A stretch of 63,455 bases of DNA, the filler included, from Octopus bimaculoides (lineage: Eukaryota): NCBI RefSeq assembly GCF_001194135.2. It is 5 parts of 5 records of this genome, joined end to end, with 100 filler letters (N's around TTAATTAATTAA, not from the genome) between each part and the next. Parts side by side here need not be neighbours in the genome. Positions count along the whole stretch, not along the records: positions 13,833 to 41,825 come from NC_068987.1; 4 more parts are not named here. The stretch is one strand, 5' to 3'. Positions 24,129 to 36,708 of the stretch are shown here, piece by piece. Made by a program: the position numbers and the translations under genes. Numbering within the stretch: position 1 is the first letter of the stretch; each line of letters begins with the position of its first letter. The notes beneath the pieces are model-generated. The model saw nothing but the letters and a program-made list of their open reading frames with translations. It was not told where the DNA came from and searched no databases.

Positions 24129-25316
24129 ATATACACACATATATACATGTAAATAATACATACGATTTCTAACTTTTCAGTTTCAGCATAGTCCACCGAG
24201 ATTTCTTATTCTTGTACTGTCCTCTCAATGTATGTAAACCTGTTTGTATATGTGGATGTGTGTACATGTGTATGTATATGTGGATGTGCGTAAATATGTG
24301 TATATCGTACATGTGTGTGTGTGTGTTGTTTGCCCTTTTCTCTTCACAAATAGGAAAACGATCAGAATGTTTCAACTTTCGATTGCTCGTAAAATCTTTC
24401 TTCTTTTCTCTCTTTAGAGAACACCTCTTCTACCGTCCATTGTGCAGCGACGACTGATGATATTCCACTTCACATCTGGCAACAATCTCCGCTACCTGCT
24501 ACTACTGCTGCTGTTGCTGCTGCCACTACTATTATTACTACTATAAACAGTGTCTCGAGACTGATTGATATCGTAACATTCACACACACTCTGATATATA
24601 TCGGTGTATGTGTGTGTGTGTATGTTTACATTTAATAGCTTGGAGGATGACTGAATAGAAAGGGTAAGAGGGGCGTGGGAGAGAGGGAGATAGACACAGC
24701 GGTAAAAGAATAATGAGAGATGGTAGCGTAAAAGAAATAGATAGGTATACTGATACAAAGGGAGTGAGAGTGTGATAGCGACAAAAATATGTAGTGAGAA
24801 AGACAAAATACACAGACACACAGAAACAAAGAGAGAGGGGGGTAGAGAGAGAGAGAGAGAGAGAGAAGCTGATATGTAGACAAAAGGTGAGATAGAAAGA
24901 TATTGAGGAACTGAAAAGAGAAACATATAGATCGCTCGACCGACCGATAGAAAAATAGATAGATAGATAGATAGAGATTTGCACAGAAAAGAGAGAGTTT
25001 AGCACAAAAGGAAGAGAGAAACTAGCACAGAAGAGAAGAAGAGAAAGACAGGAATAAAAAATGAAGACCAGCTGAGAAAGAGAGGAATATTGTAACAAAG
25101 GGAGGGGGATAAGGAAAGAAAGGAAGAATAATGTACTTTTCCTCTTCCCCCCACTACTACTTCTCTTTTATTCTTACTCCTTGTCTTCTTTTCTGTTTTT
25201 CTATCTTCCTCGTTCTACAGCTTTTCTCATTTTCCATGTTTTAATGCCCCATTTCCTCTCTAACAATAGATACCTTGGTGCAAACTGTTTGCATATGCAA
25301 ATATGTATATGCATAT

Positions 25317-25359
<43 letters not shown>

Positions 25360-25536
25360 NNNNNNNNNNTGGTGCAAACTGTTTGCATATGCAAATATGT
25401 ATATGCATATATACATACAAATATGTGTGTGTGTATTTCTGTATATACAAATACGTACATTAGTGTACAAAAACATATATATATACACGGTTTATTAATA
25501 AAGTTTCCCGTTCCCGTTTGTGTATATAAATATACA

Positions 25537-25758
25537 CGAACCGGATGCTGAAAAGTTCCTGGCTTTAAATAAAATAAATTATCGGAGGCTCAATTAATTA
25601 TGATTTTCTTCAACATGTTTCCCCTCTCAGATTCACACACTTATTGCAGCGGTCCTTCAGTTTTTCCAAGCCCTGTAAAAGAACTCGGAAGGTTCGGCCT
25701 CCAATCAGGTCCTTCTCGACATCCTTTAAAGCCAGGAACTTTTCTGTATCCCGCCTCG
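25537..25758. mobile_element. Mariner-type MITE
   Basis: Inverted ends cgaaccggatgctgaaaagttcctggctttaaa and tttaaagccaggaactttttctgtatcccgcctcg|TA. Confidence 0.7.
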
Positions 25759-25804
25759 TATACGTGTATGTATGCATGTATGTATGTATGTATGTAAATA
25801 TACA

Positions 25805-26030
25805 TAAATACATGGTAGAAGTGAACTCATAATCGAGTAAGGCCAATTTATAAACTCAGTAAATCCGTTCTAACGTTCCGAAAGTCAATGAAGTTGTGTG
25901 TGAATTTCTTTTGAGTAGACAAAAGTTTTGCACAGTACTGAACCCATTTTTCAGCGCAACCAACTTATAAAACCAGCGACACAATAGAGGTTGAGACGAC
26001 CAGAAACTAATTGCGCTTTTCTTTTAATTA
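25805..26030 (+). mobile_element. Penelope-like 3' tail fragment
   Basis: Homologous to 16510-16700 (+) and, inverted, to 27090-27230 at the 3' end of the adjacent Penelope-like element. Confidence 0.55.
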
Positions 26031-26882
26031 TGCAAGTTCGCCTCCTCCTCGGAGGAGGAATTTCTAATGAGAACTAGAGGTACTTCACTTACAGTGGTTC
26101 ACGAACCAGTTAAGCCATAGCTGAGAGCCTAAAATGTGTTACTACTCCGGGTTAGAGTAGATTTGGGAAGTACAGAATGCAGTTTAAAATTATATCTAGG
26201 ACATACATACATACATACAGACAGACAGACATACATACATACATACATACATACATGCGTGTGTTTGTGTGAGTGCATGGATACGTATTGAAAATTCCTT
26301 CTAATATTACATAAAAATTATTTCCGTGACGTCACAGCCTTAACTGAGCCAGTCGTCAATATTGTTTTACAAGTAAACCCCATAATGCTGACAATGCACG
26401 TGGGCTGGACGGCTAGAAGTGAATTCATTTCATGTTACATTTAAACACATGTACATGGTTGCCCCATCTCTCTCTTTATATATATATATATATATGTATG
26501 TATATAAAATCAAAATAGGTAACAATGATATCCAGAAGTAATGCAGTACGACCGTTTCATGCAACTCCATTTAATTGAACAATTGTATTGATAATACCGT
26601 ACTAAATTCTGGTGCTTCAACTTAAGTACCATATTCACCTGAATCTAAATTTTTTTTCTATATATATATATATATATATGAATTTAAAATCTGAAAGAGA
26701 CGCGCTTCTGTTAGAGGCCCGCGAAACTTTAAGTCGCATCGAACCGAATCAAGCTGTTTTAAATAATATATGTAATTACTACTAAATGTGTTGAGTGCCT
26801 TTTTCTTCCTTTTGTGCACTCACTGGTACACACACACATACACACACACACCCACACACGCACATGTATGTGTGTATTTGCA

Positions 26883-26915
<33 letters not shown>

Positions 26916-27079
26916 GACCGCTTTTTAACCGTTGTTTGTTCCTCGGTGTACGCTGATCCGGAGTAGTAGCATTTTTCAGAGTCCCAGCTATGGGGTAACT
27001 AGTTTGTTGACAACCGGAAAAGAAGGTCGCCTTAGTTCTTGTTAGAACTTCTTTCCAAGAGAAGGTAATCTAGTATATA

Positions 27080-28090
27080 GAAAACCTGAAGTGCAGTTGG
27101 TTTCTGGTCGTCTCAACCTCCGTCGTGTCACTGGTGTTATAGCTGATTGCGCCAAAAAGTGGGTTCGGTGCTGAGCAACATTTTATCTACTAAAAGAAAA
27201 TTCTCGCACAGGAACGTCCTAGGCAGTTTTTCATTGGTCTTAGTCGGTCACGAATGTACAGTTAGACGTATAGTTACTAGTGTATGAGTTAGAGTCCACG
27301 TAGATTACCATTATCTATTCAGCTTCTAACTTAAAGGGCCCTTCGTTCTTCCAACATATTTCCGTGTATGTGTTGTTGGTGCTGCTGTTGTTCTTTTTTT
27401 CTACTACTGTTGCTACTTCTGGAGATCAACTCTGCCTCATAGACTACGATCTCGGAGTTGCATCGACCGCCTAATGGGCACTCACTGTTAACCCGACATG
27501 AGCATCTTGTTTAGGGGCGTTCAGAAAAGTCTGTTTTACACTGGGTGCATAGCTGAACGAGTCCCTTAAGTTGGGTCTATTAAATAATCGCCAGCACCTA
27601 TAGAACTGCTTGAAATGCTCATCTACTATCTTAGAAAATCCTTTCCACGTAGGTTTTGATGTTGAGTGAAAAGGGTGGAGTAAACCAAAGGACCTTATGG
27701 TGGCGCATTCTTTTGTGTGTGTTAGGTCCCGACATAAGTTGGATACTATTCTTAAACCCGCTGGCTGCCTAAGCCTCGTTGCAATAGGGGGTCGCAGCGT
27801 TCGATATCCTCTTACTGACATCGTTCATCAGGTTTTTAAACACGGTAAGCGAGTAGTAGAAGGTTCTATTATAATATACGATAGCCTTTTAATTGGTTTG
27901 CAGTAGGGCCTGTATGAACAGGTACCCAAATTGTAGCCTTAAGACCAAAGGAGCTAACCGTGAGAATTAGGTACTCCCTAAGCCTTTCCAGGATGTGCTC
28001 ATTTGCGCCTCTAGAGATGGCTAAAGCGTCATCCATGTATAGACCAAATTGAACTAATGGGAACCACTTCGTTAAGGTTTCCCGTATATA
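27080..28090 (-). mobile_element. Penelope-like element (Naiad-type) RT C-terminus to GIY-YIG, decayed
   Basis: With frameshifts it reads GLYMDDALAI..LKATI, RPYCKP, KVLWFTPPFSLNIKT, LFNRPNL, RCSCRVNSECPLGGRC (CxCx5C), VVYEAEL and KYVGRT. Confidence 0.85.
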
Positions 28091-28529
28091 TATAATCCTA
28101 CTCGTGAAATTCGTGGTACTTGCGGGCTGATCATCAGCATCGAAGATATGTGTGGGAGACGCGGACACGCATATACATGCGCATATACATATATGCGCAC
28201 ACGCATATACATGCGCACACAGACACAGAGAAACACTCGCACACACTGACACAATCATACATGAACATAACATGTTAGGAATAGTTAAGAAATTCTCGGT
28301 TTAAAGTTATAACCAGGACAACCAACCAACCAACCAATCAAGCAAGCAACCAACCAAACAACAAACAAACAAACAAACAAACAAACCAATAAACCAACCG
28401 ACCGACTAACCAACCAACATACTGCTGTCTGGGGAATCGAAACCATGATCTTGCAATCGTGAATGCAACACCCTTACCACTAGACCACATGACTTCACTA
28501 CATACATAAATACATACATACATATATAC

Positions 28530-28890
28530 ATTCGGTACAAGCATAACAGATCTGATACTGTTCTACGAGACAGGAAACAAAAGTCATGCACTGTTGTGGA
28601 GCTCAGCTGCCCAACAGATGTGAATGCACAGTCAAAAGTCCAGGAAAAAGATAACATTTATAGCGAATTAATGCAGAACTTACAGCACTTGTATCCTGAC
28701 CATGAATTCTCATTTGTACCAGTCATCATAGGTGCATTTGGTTATGTACCAAAAAATTTGAACAAAAACTTAGAAATATCGGTTTCACAGAGAAAGAACA
28801 AAAGAAACTGATACGAATTCTTCAAATCTAATCTATTAGTGGCATAGTGAAAATTTGTAAGACATTCCAAAAATACTCCATCTGAGAATA
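28530..28890 (+). mobile_element. RLE-class LINE endonuclease fragment
   Basis: ELSCPTDVNAQSKVQEKDNIYSELMQNLQHLYPDHEFSFVPVIIGAFGYVPKNL. Confidence 0.8.
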
Positions 28891-29247
28891 TGTGAATAGA
28901 TGAACACTTTTGTGTTTATGCATCGGCGATTCAACCAACATACCAAATGAAATACATATGTACAAACACCAGGAACTCTCTTAACCCAAGAAGTCTTGTC
29001 GCTTTGTTAGCGACCGGCTTGAGCTCTCTCAAGAAGAATTTAAATTAAACCCAAAGAAAATTCATACATACATACATACATGCATGATGATGGCCGTCCA
29101 CTCGTGACCGAGGAAGACCATTGCCGACCTTCAGGAACATTGTGCACTCTAGGACTAACTTATATTTTACATTTGCGGCTCCGTTGGTGGCTAATGAGCC
29201 CTGCTCTTGACAAGCATACACGACTGCAAACATTGCAGACCATTGCA

Positions 29248-29278
<31 letters not shown>

Positions 29279-29659
29279 GACAGGCTTTCACACAGTTTTC
29301 GTCTACCAAGTCACTCACAAGGCACTGGTCGACTTGAGGCTGCATTAGAAGTTACTTGCTCTTATTGCTGAACCCGAAACTTTGCAATTGGAAAGTCAGC
29401 CTCTTAACCATATTCCAATGTCTGTCTGTCTGTCTGTCTGTCTGTACGCCTGTCGTTTTTAAGTGTTATGTTAAGATTTCTTGCCAACGAAGAAAGAGCC
29501 GGTTTCTAACTTCGATCCAAAGCTCGTTCATTGGAATTTTAAAAACATCAGCAGGGTAATTATGTGTGGTTGTGTGTATGTGTGCAAGTATCTGGGGTCT
29601 GCACATGTGCAGCTTTGTATGTTTTTATTTTGTGTGTTTACTTATACATACAGTTGCAA

Positions 29660-29870
29660 GTTTAGACATGTGCATTTATACTTATATGCTAAACTTTTGG
29701 AAAGTTACACATACTGTCATAATTCCATTAATGGATTCTTTTCGTAGCGTTCTAATTAGCTTTCTCATTTCTGGTTTTGAGAACCTAAATTCTTCACGAT
29801 TGATGCTGAAGCAGTTTGTTACATATCCCAGTGCCCCCAAAATTGCGAGTATGAATCTGAACTTGTAAAC
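29660..29870 (-). mobile_element. RLE-class LINE fragment
   Basis: YKFRFILAILGALGYVTNCFSINREEFRFSKPEMRKLIRTLRKESINGIMTVCVTF. Confidence 0.7.
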
Positions 29871-30761
29871 CGGGTGGAGTAGCTGTAAATGTTTCAATAG
29901 TACACTGAGCATGTATGTATGTATGCATGTATGTATGTATGTATGTATGTATGCGTGTGTTTTGAATTCTACTTTTTTCGTTTGCGCATTTAAACGCGCG
30001 CGTGTGTACTTGGTTGTTCGAGTTAGATAAAGTGGTTGTTTGTGGCATGTGTTGCTGCCTCTCCCACAAATTCTTTTATAGTCTACAATTATTTAGAATT
30101 ATCATGGGATTCGTATTGTGTTTACTGATGATGTAAGGAACAGGCATAGTTGTGTAGTTAAAATGCAACAAGCCAACATATGGCCTTTACGTGGCCTCTG
30201 GTAGATCGCTCGACTTGCCACAAATAACAGCTACATCTCTCTTAAATAACACCCGGTCGTTTTCAAAACGGAGAGGATTCTCACTGAGTGAAATAGTTGT
30301 AGATACGCAATATTAGTAATTAAAATTGCAACTTCTTGTATGATCTGTAGTTGAAAATGGAATACTTAAAATCTAGATTGAGGTGGGGTAAAGTTGGAAC
30401 AATGAGAAGAGAGTGATATTATTGTATTTGCTGACATATAAAATGCACCACTATTTTACTATAATGTTTTGTGTAAAAGGCAAATTTAGTCTGTTTCATC
30501 GGGCAGGCATAGCTGATTGGTAAAAAGCTTGATTCCCAATCACATGGTTCCTGGGTCAGTCCCACTGTGTGGCATTTTGAGCAAGTGTCTTCTACTAGAG
30601 TCGACCAAAACCTTGTGAGTGGATTTGGTAGACGGAAACTGAAAGAAATCCATCGTATGTGTGTGTGTGTGTGCGCGCGCGCGCGCGGAGTAGTCACCAC
30701 TTTTGACGACACGGGTATTCTAGTATATGTATGTATGTGTATGTTTTTATATGTACATACA

Positions 30762-30880
<119 letters not shown>

Positions 30881-30950
30881 GGATTTACTTTTCGTAATGA
30901 GATAAAAAAAACCAAGGCTGTGTACATTATGGAACATTTATAGATAGAAG

Positions 30951-30998
30951 GTCTTACAGCTGTTTCCAGGATATTTATTATATCCCGTCATCGGAGAC
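30951..30998 (-). ncRNA. Minimal type I hammerhead ribozyme motif
   Basis: gucu CCGAUGA CGGGAUAU-AAUAA-AUAUCCUG GAAA C-AGCU-G UA agac: 4-bp stem I, 8-bp stem II, palindromic stem III, GUA cleavage triplet. The core has C instead of U at position 4. Confidence 0.7.
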
Positions 30999-31022
30999 GG
31001 TGTGAGAGGATGGTTAAGCACC

Positions 31023-31070
31023 GTCTCCGATGAAGGAATATAATAAATACACTGGAAACAGCTGTAAGAC
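31023..31070 (+). ncRNA. Hammerhead motif, sister copy with disrupted stem II
   Basis: Same core, stem I and stem III as 30951-30998; stem II has 3 mismatches. Confidence 0.5.
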
Positions 31071-32879
31071 CTTCTATCTATAAATGTTCTATAATGTACA
31101 CAGCCTTGGCTTTTTATCTCATTACCAACCAGCCGTAAATATGTATTTATGGGTGTGTGTGAGTATGTATGTATGTATGTATGTATGTATGTATGTAGGC
31201 ACTTATAATTTACAGCTAAGTACTTATGTTTAAATTGTACATGGTGTACGTATACGACTGCTGTCATTGTTTAACCTAAAATAAAGTGTATGACACAACC
31301 ATATATATATNNNNNNNNNNNNNNNNNNNNNNNNNNNNNNNNNNNNNNNNNNNNNNNNNNNNNNNNNNNNNNNNNNNNNNNNNNNNNNNNNNNNNNNNNN
31401 NNNNNNNNNNNNNNNNNNNNNNNNNNNNNNNNNNNNNNNNNNNNNNNNNNNNNNNNNNNNNNNNNNNNNNNNNNNNNNNNNNNNNNNNNNNNNNNNNNNN
31501 NNNNNNNNNNNNNNNNNNNNNNNNNNNNNNNNNNNNNNNNNNNNNNNNNNNNNNNNNNNNNNNNNNNNNNNNNNNNNNNNNNNNNNNNNNNNNNNNNNNN
31601 NNNNNNNNNNNNNNNNNNNNNNNNNNNNNNNNNNNNNNNNNNNNNNNNNNNNNNNNNNNNNNNNNNNNNNNNNNNNNNNNNNNNNNNNNNNNNNNNNNNN
31701 NNNNNNNNNNNNNNNNNNNNNNNNNNNNNNNNNNNNNNNNNNNNNNNNNNNNNNNNNNNNNNNNNNNNNNNNNNNNNNNNNNNNNNNNNNNNNNNNNNNN
31801 NNNNNNNNNNNNNNNNNNNNNNNNNNNNNNNNNNNNNNNNNNNNNNNNNNNNNNNNNNNNNNNNNNNNNNNNNNNNNNNNNNNNNNNNNNNNNNNNNNNN
31901 NNNNNNNNNNNNNNNNNNNNNNNNNNNNNNNNNNNNNNNNNNNNNNNNNNNNNNNNNNNNNNNNNNNNNNNNNNNNNNNNNNNNNNNNNNNNNNNNNNNN
32001 NNNNNNNNNNNNNNNNNNNNNNNNNNNNNNNNNNNNNNNNNNNNNNNNNNNNNNNNNNNNNNNNNNNNNNNNNNNNNNNNNNNNNNNNNNNNNNNNNNNN
32101 NNNNNNNNNNNNNNNNNNNNNNNNNNNNNNNNNNNNNNNNNNNNNNNNNNNNNNNNNNNNNNNNNNNNNNNNNNNNNNNNNNNNNNNNNNNNNNNNNNNN
32201 NNNNNNNNNNNNNNNNNNNNNNNNNNNNNNNNNNNNNNNNNNNNNNNNNNNNNNNNNNNNNNNNNNNNNNNNNNNNNNTATATATATATATATATATATA
32301 TATTCTTTTCTACTCGTATATATACTCTTGTGCCTAGAGTAGAAAAGAATATATATATATATATCACACTTTTTAGTGGTGCATTATTTCAACATCATCG
32401 GAGTGAATTATTACATTTACAATTCCACCTCTACCACCACGAACACCACCACCACTCCTAACATTTACCTCAATGTTTTGTCAATTCTTGAATTGGTTAA
32501 TTGTCAAAACTTAACGGCTTCTCAGTACTACAATTCTGCTCAATAAGCCTCTTTCAACACCCTCTTCCTCACCTTGAGTGTTGCTTTTCTCTCCTGCATA
32601 CCTCTCTCTTCTCCTCTTCAAACTACTATTTTTGGATATGAGAATTCTTATTGTTTTGTTAGTATAGTTTATTGAATGAATCGTTTTGAAATCATGAAGG
32701 TGAATGACCTCTCGTTGATCTGTTTGTCAGAATTCTTGTAGGATTTCAGGTAACTTGTTGACTTTGTCAGTCATTGTTTTTATACACATTTAAACACTAC
32801 TATGATTGTCAAAAATCATAGAAAACAGATAGAACGCCTGATACAAGTCCAGTATTTACTACTCTCTGTATCTCACGTT

Positions 32880-33090
32880 ACTTCAGTTCATTCAGTTGGG
32901 CAAAAATGAGTAGCACTTGTATTTCAAATGCTCAGCCTTGTCACATTCTGTGTCACGTTGAATCTCCCTGGGAACTACGTTGAGGATAGGCGTGTCTGTG
33001 GAGTGGTCAGCCACTTGCACGTTAATTTCACGAGGAGGTTGTTCCTGTTGATCGGATCAACTAGAACCCTTGTCGTCGCAACCGATGGAG
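32880..33090 (+). mobile_element. SINE family E, partial
   Basis: Homologous to 9110-9320 and 55085-55300. Confidence 0.65.
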
Positions 33091-33540
33091 TACCAGTTTA
33101 CTGTTTTTTTCCCCCTTTTTCTTTTTTAACTCTTGGACAGCCTTTGAAATACATTCCATATCTCAAAGGAACACTACATAAAGAATTATTAAATATCTTA
33201 ATCTTTCTCTCTTTCTCATAAAGAGAAATTTCATAGATGATAGGAGATAAATTAAATTATAACACTGTCTTTGAAATATTCGACAATGCTAAATCCACTA
33301 ACCGCAAAAAAAAAAAAAAAAAAAAAAAAAAAACCAGAAAGAAAGAAAAAAGAAAACGCTAATTAAATTTCATTTTAACCAAGACCTTGTTTGGATCAAA
33401 TTCTCTTGTAATTCTCTATTCACCCTTTGCCTTGGAAATACACTGGGCATATTCCCCAGACATTCATACATCCCCCTTTGATACAAGTTTTCAGTTTTTT
33501 CAACCACCAAAGTTACCTTGCGACTTATGAAAGAAAGCTT

Positions 33541-34005
33541 GGTAATTTTTCAGATTAACACCCGCACGATCTTCACTAGGGTGTTAGGGTTAGGGTTTTA
33601 GGGTCAGGGTTAGGGTTTTAGTGTCAGGGTTAGGGTTTTAGGGTTAGTCTTTGGGTTAGGGTTAGTGTTTAGGGTTAGGGTTAGGGTTACGGTTACGGTT
33701 AGGGACGGAATTTCCTAACCCAAACCCTAAAACCCTAACCGTGTAGTGGCGCGAAATTATAGCCGCCATTGAGGAAGTACTATTCTGCGCATGTGCAGGG
33801 GACTTCACCACCGGAAGTCCCTCGAGTTGCGCATGCGTAGTAAAACTCGTACTTAAAGAGAGAGTTTCACTTTGTTAGCGAGTTGAGCCTGAGACCTTCT
33901 ACGTGACAACACCTCGCTCCTCCACGAAGCACTTTTACACTGTTCTCTGGCAGGTATCAAGGAAGCCCTTAACCTTCCAATACCAAATTACAACTTAATC
34001 AGCGG

Positions 34006-34041
<36 letters not shown>

Positions 34042-34105
34042 TCTAAAATAACCCTAAAACCCTAAAACCCTCACCCTAACACCCTAGTTAATCTGAAAAA
34101 TTACC
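33541..34105. mobile_element. Non-autonomous TIR element with telomeric-repeat arms and 8-bp TSD (Merlin-like)
   Basis: Perfect 19-bp TIR GGTAATTTTTCAGATTAAC; TSD GAAAGCTT at 33533-33540 and 34106-34113. Degenerate (TTAGGG)n at 33577-33704 and (CCCTAA)n at 34006-34086. Confidence 0.85.
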
Positions 34106-35519
34106 GAAAGCTTTATATTATCCAGAAAGTAAAGCAGCGTGCTGGCAGATTTGTTATTGTAGCGGGGATTCGAACCCTATTCGCTTATACTCGATTAGGC
34201 ACCACAAGTGAGCCACTTCAGATTGATTTATAAACCGACCAATCAGCTGTGGCGTGATATGGCTTTCTCGAATATTATAAAATTTAACATCTAGTCCCCT
34301 ATAAACCGTTATTGCTCTTAACCCAAGGCCCAGACAGCCGACAGGTGGGACCGCTTCGGACTTTTGCGTAGACAACACCTCAAACTCGGACACACCACTT
34401 GATGTCCCACAGATTGCTTTCTACATTCACAGAGTAGTTTTTTCTCCCTCCCCTCTGACCCCGCAGCAGTCGGCAATTATTAGTATTGTTCGTTGTAAAT
34501 AGCCAACACCAAATAAATATTTAAATTAAGCGTCCAAGAGTTTGCTTCAGTTATTATTCAGGCAGCCTACAACGACATCCCATGTACAGTACAACTAAGT
34601 TGAGATAATGTTCATTCAACAATGATAGTTAAGCCATCCTCTTCGATAATGGCAACTCAAACTTTTGAAGTATATCATCTTTGACCAGTGCAACTCAAGC
34701 AACAAGCAAAGTACGCTATGTTAGCATGCCAGAAGGGAATTCCTTTCGGCTTTACAACCTATGTTCAAATTCCGCAGTCACCTCTACTTTTCATCCTTTG
34801 AGGACTGGGTTCGATGTAATCGACTAGCACCCTCCCTTAAAATTTCAGGCCATGTGCCTGTAGTAGGAAGAATATTGCTCAGAAAGTACGAAACAAGGGC
34901 TCACGGAAAGTCTGAAACAAATATGGATGTTTAGGAAAAGTTATGAAAATGCTTTGGACAGGCAAAGGGTATTATGACTTCATTTTCCCCATAGGGTCAG
35001 AATTTTGCTACCTTAGGGAATATGCTGTAAGTGTATAGCTTACGAATACTGAACTAAACAGAGGACCTACTGAAAATACTTTTGCATATAATTAGCCTAT
35101 TTATTACCAATTCTCGTGGAACTCTAGGTTTCCAGAGAACTCTGGCTGGGAAACGCCGTGCGAGTGAGTTGCAGTCCTTTTATGTTGCTGAAGTTTCAAA
35201 TGCTACAGAAGTCAGCTTAGTCATCCATCTTTCTGTATTGGGTAAAATAACTACCAGCAAATTGCCGGGGTAGAGTTTATCAATACATCTTCCTTCGAGA
35301 AAAACGTTGTCCTCAGATAGAAACCTTTTATTTTAAAACGAGGTTAAGACTAGCAAAAACTGTAAAGAACTACTACAAATCGTTTGACGATATATAGTTA
35401 CCTTCCTTGTCGTTCTGAGGTAAAAAAAAATGTATATATCTATGGTTGGTTAAATCGATATCTTTGCATAGAAATTTGTGATATTTTGTCTAAGATATCA
35501 TTATTTAAATATACGTTTA

Positions 35520-35870
35520 ATCTATCGTGTTTCGTGCTCTGAGGAATGAAGGAGTTGGAGCCACCCGAGAGGCGCAACGAGGCAACAGAGCCACCATTAG
35601 GTCCCTGGCAGATGAACAGGGGCGCGAAGCATTCGAGACTGAAAGGATGTGTGAAGCCTTTCAACAACACTTTGCCCGACTGTTCGGGACAACTGGTGGG
35701 TCAGAACGCAGAGTGGACTTTAGTGCCTACCTGCATGGCCTGTCACGATTCTCAACAAGAGAAGCGAAGTGTTGTGAAAGACCCATCACAGCCGCGGACG
35801 TACGGGATGCGATGGCAGGCTACGCGGGAGACAAGTCACCAGGCTTGGATGGTCTGCTTGGATGAATGTA
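35520..35870 (+). mobile_element. L1/Tx1-type LINE ORF2 fragment
   Basis: MCEAFQQHFARLF....ERPITAADVRDAMAGYAGDKSPGLDGL, the pre-RT KSPGxDG motif. Confidence 0.8.
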
Positions 35871-36461
35871 TGAATGCCAAGAGCATGATAAACAAGAGCA
35901 AAAATCTCCAGCAAGGTCGTTGGTATGAATATAAATCCACTTTCATATTCTGTAATCGACCTCCAGGGACGATCTTTTTGCTTTTATACAGCAGCATTAA
36001 CCTAGGATGTTCCACCAAAAATTTTGGATGAAGATCACTGATATATGCGAATCTAAAGACATTTATATCCATTCCAATGGAACCGTTGATTTATACAGTC
36101 TGACAGGGCAACTCACTGCACCCATTTGTTTTTAGAGTTGTTGTTGCTGTTGGGGTCCTTATTGATGCTACTACTACTACTACTATTGCTACTGCTACTG
36201 CTGCTGCTGCTGCTGATGATGATGATGTCATTGCTACTGTTGTTGCTGCTACTGATGCTACTCCTGCTGGTATTGTTGCCGTTGTTCTAGTTGTTGTTCG
36301 AGTAGTTACAGCATACTAACTGACCGTTCGACGAAAGTGAAACCTAAAGAAAATATGTCTGAAAACGCTGGTAGAAGTTACATACTGAAATAAAGGCATT
36401 TCACAAAAGCGAAACTAATGTAGGTAAACACTTGTATCGCGTACTAATTATTTCCAATAAG

Positions 36462-36496
<35 letters not shown>

Positions 36497-36708
36497 CGAG
36501 GCACATATCTTTTGGAATTTTCAGAAAAGTTTTGCGAATTTATATTCTACACACCGGAATTCACACAAATATGCAAAAGCCGGAATAATATTTTTTGTGA
36601 TTTAAGTGCTATTTAGCTGTGATTTTTAGCACATCTCACGACTACTTGATGCCTTCCTCATTTCTTTGTCACTTTGACATATTTATGTTTTTCAATATTT
36701 TCTCCCCT

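Larger units (their letters stand above)
30894..31125. repeat. 232-bp foldback (about 108-bp arms, 16-nt loop)
   Basis: Arms 30894-31002 and 31019-31125 are near-perfect reverse complements; loop tgagaggatggttaag. Confidence 0.9.

Noticed and set aside
26540-26760. Partial hammerhead-like strings (GAAACGGTCGTA on minus near 26545; CTGAAAGA...GCGAAAC near 26690-26735)
   Set aside because: No complete core with compatible stems could be built.
28095-28140. CTGATGA on the minus strand beside the PLE 5' truncation (also CTGATGA near 51137 on plus)
   Set aside because: No stem II and no GAAA in the correct register.
31276-32461. Long ORFs in the supplied track (also 8672-9104, 12218-12854, 43575-44147)
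   Set aside because: They consist mostly of X from N gaps.
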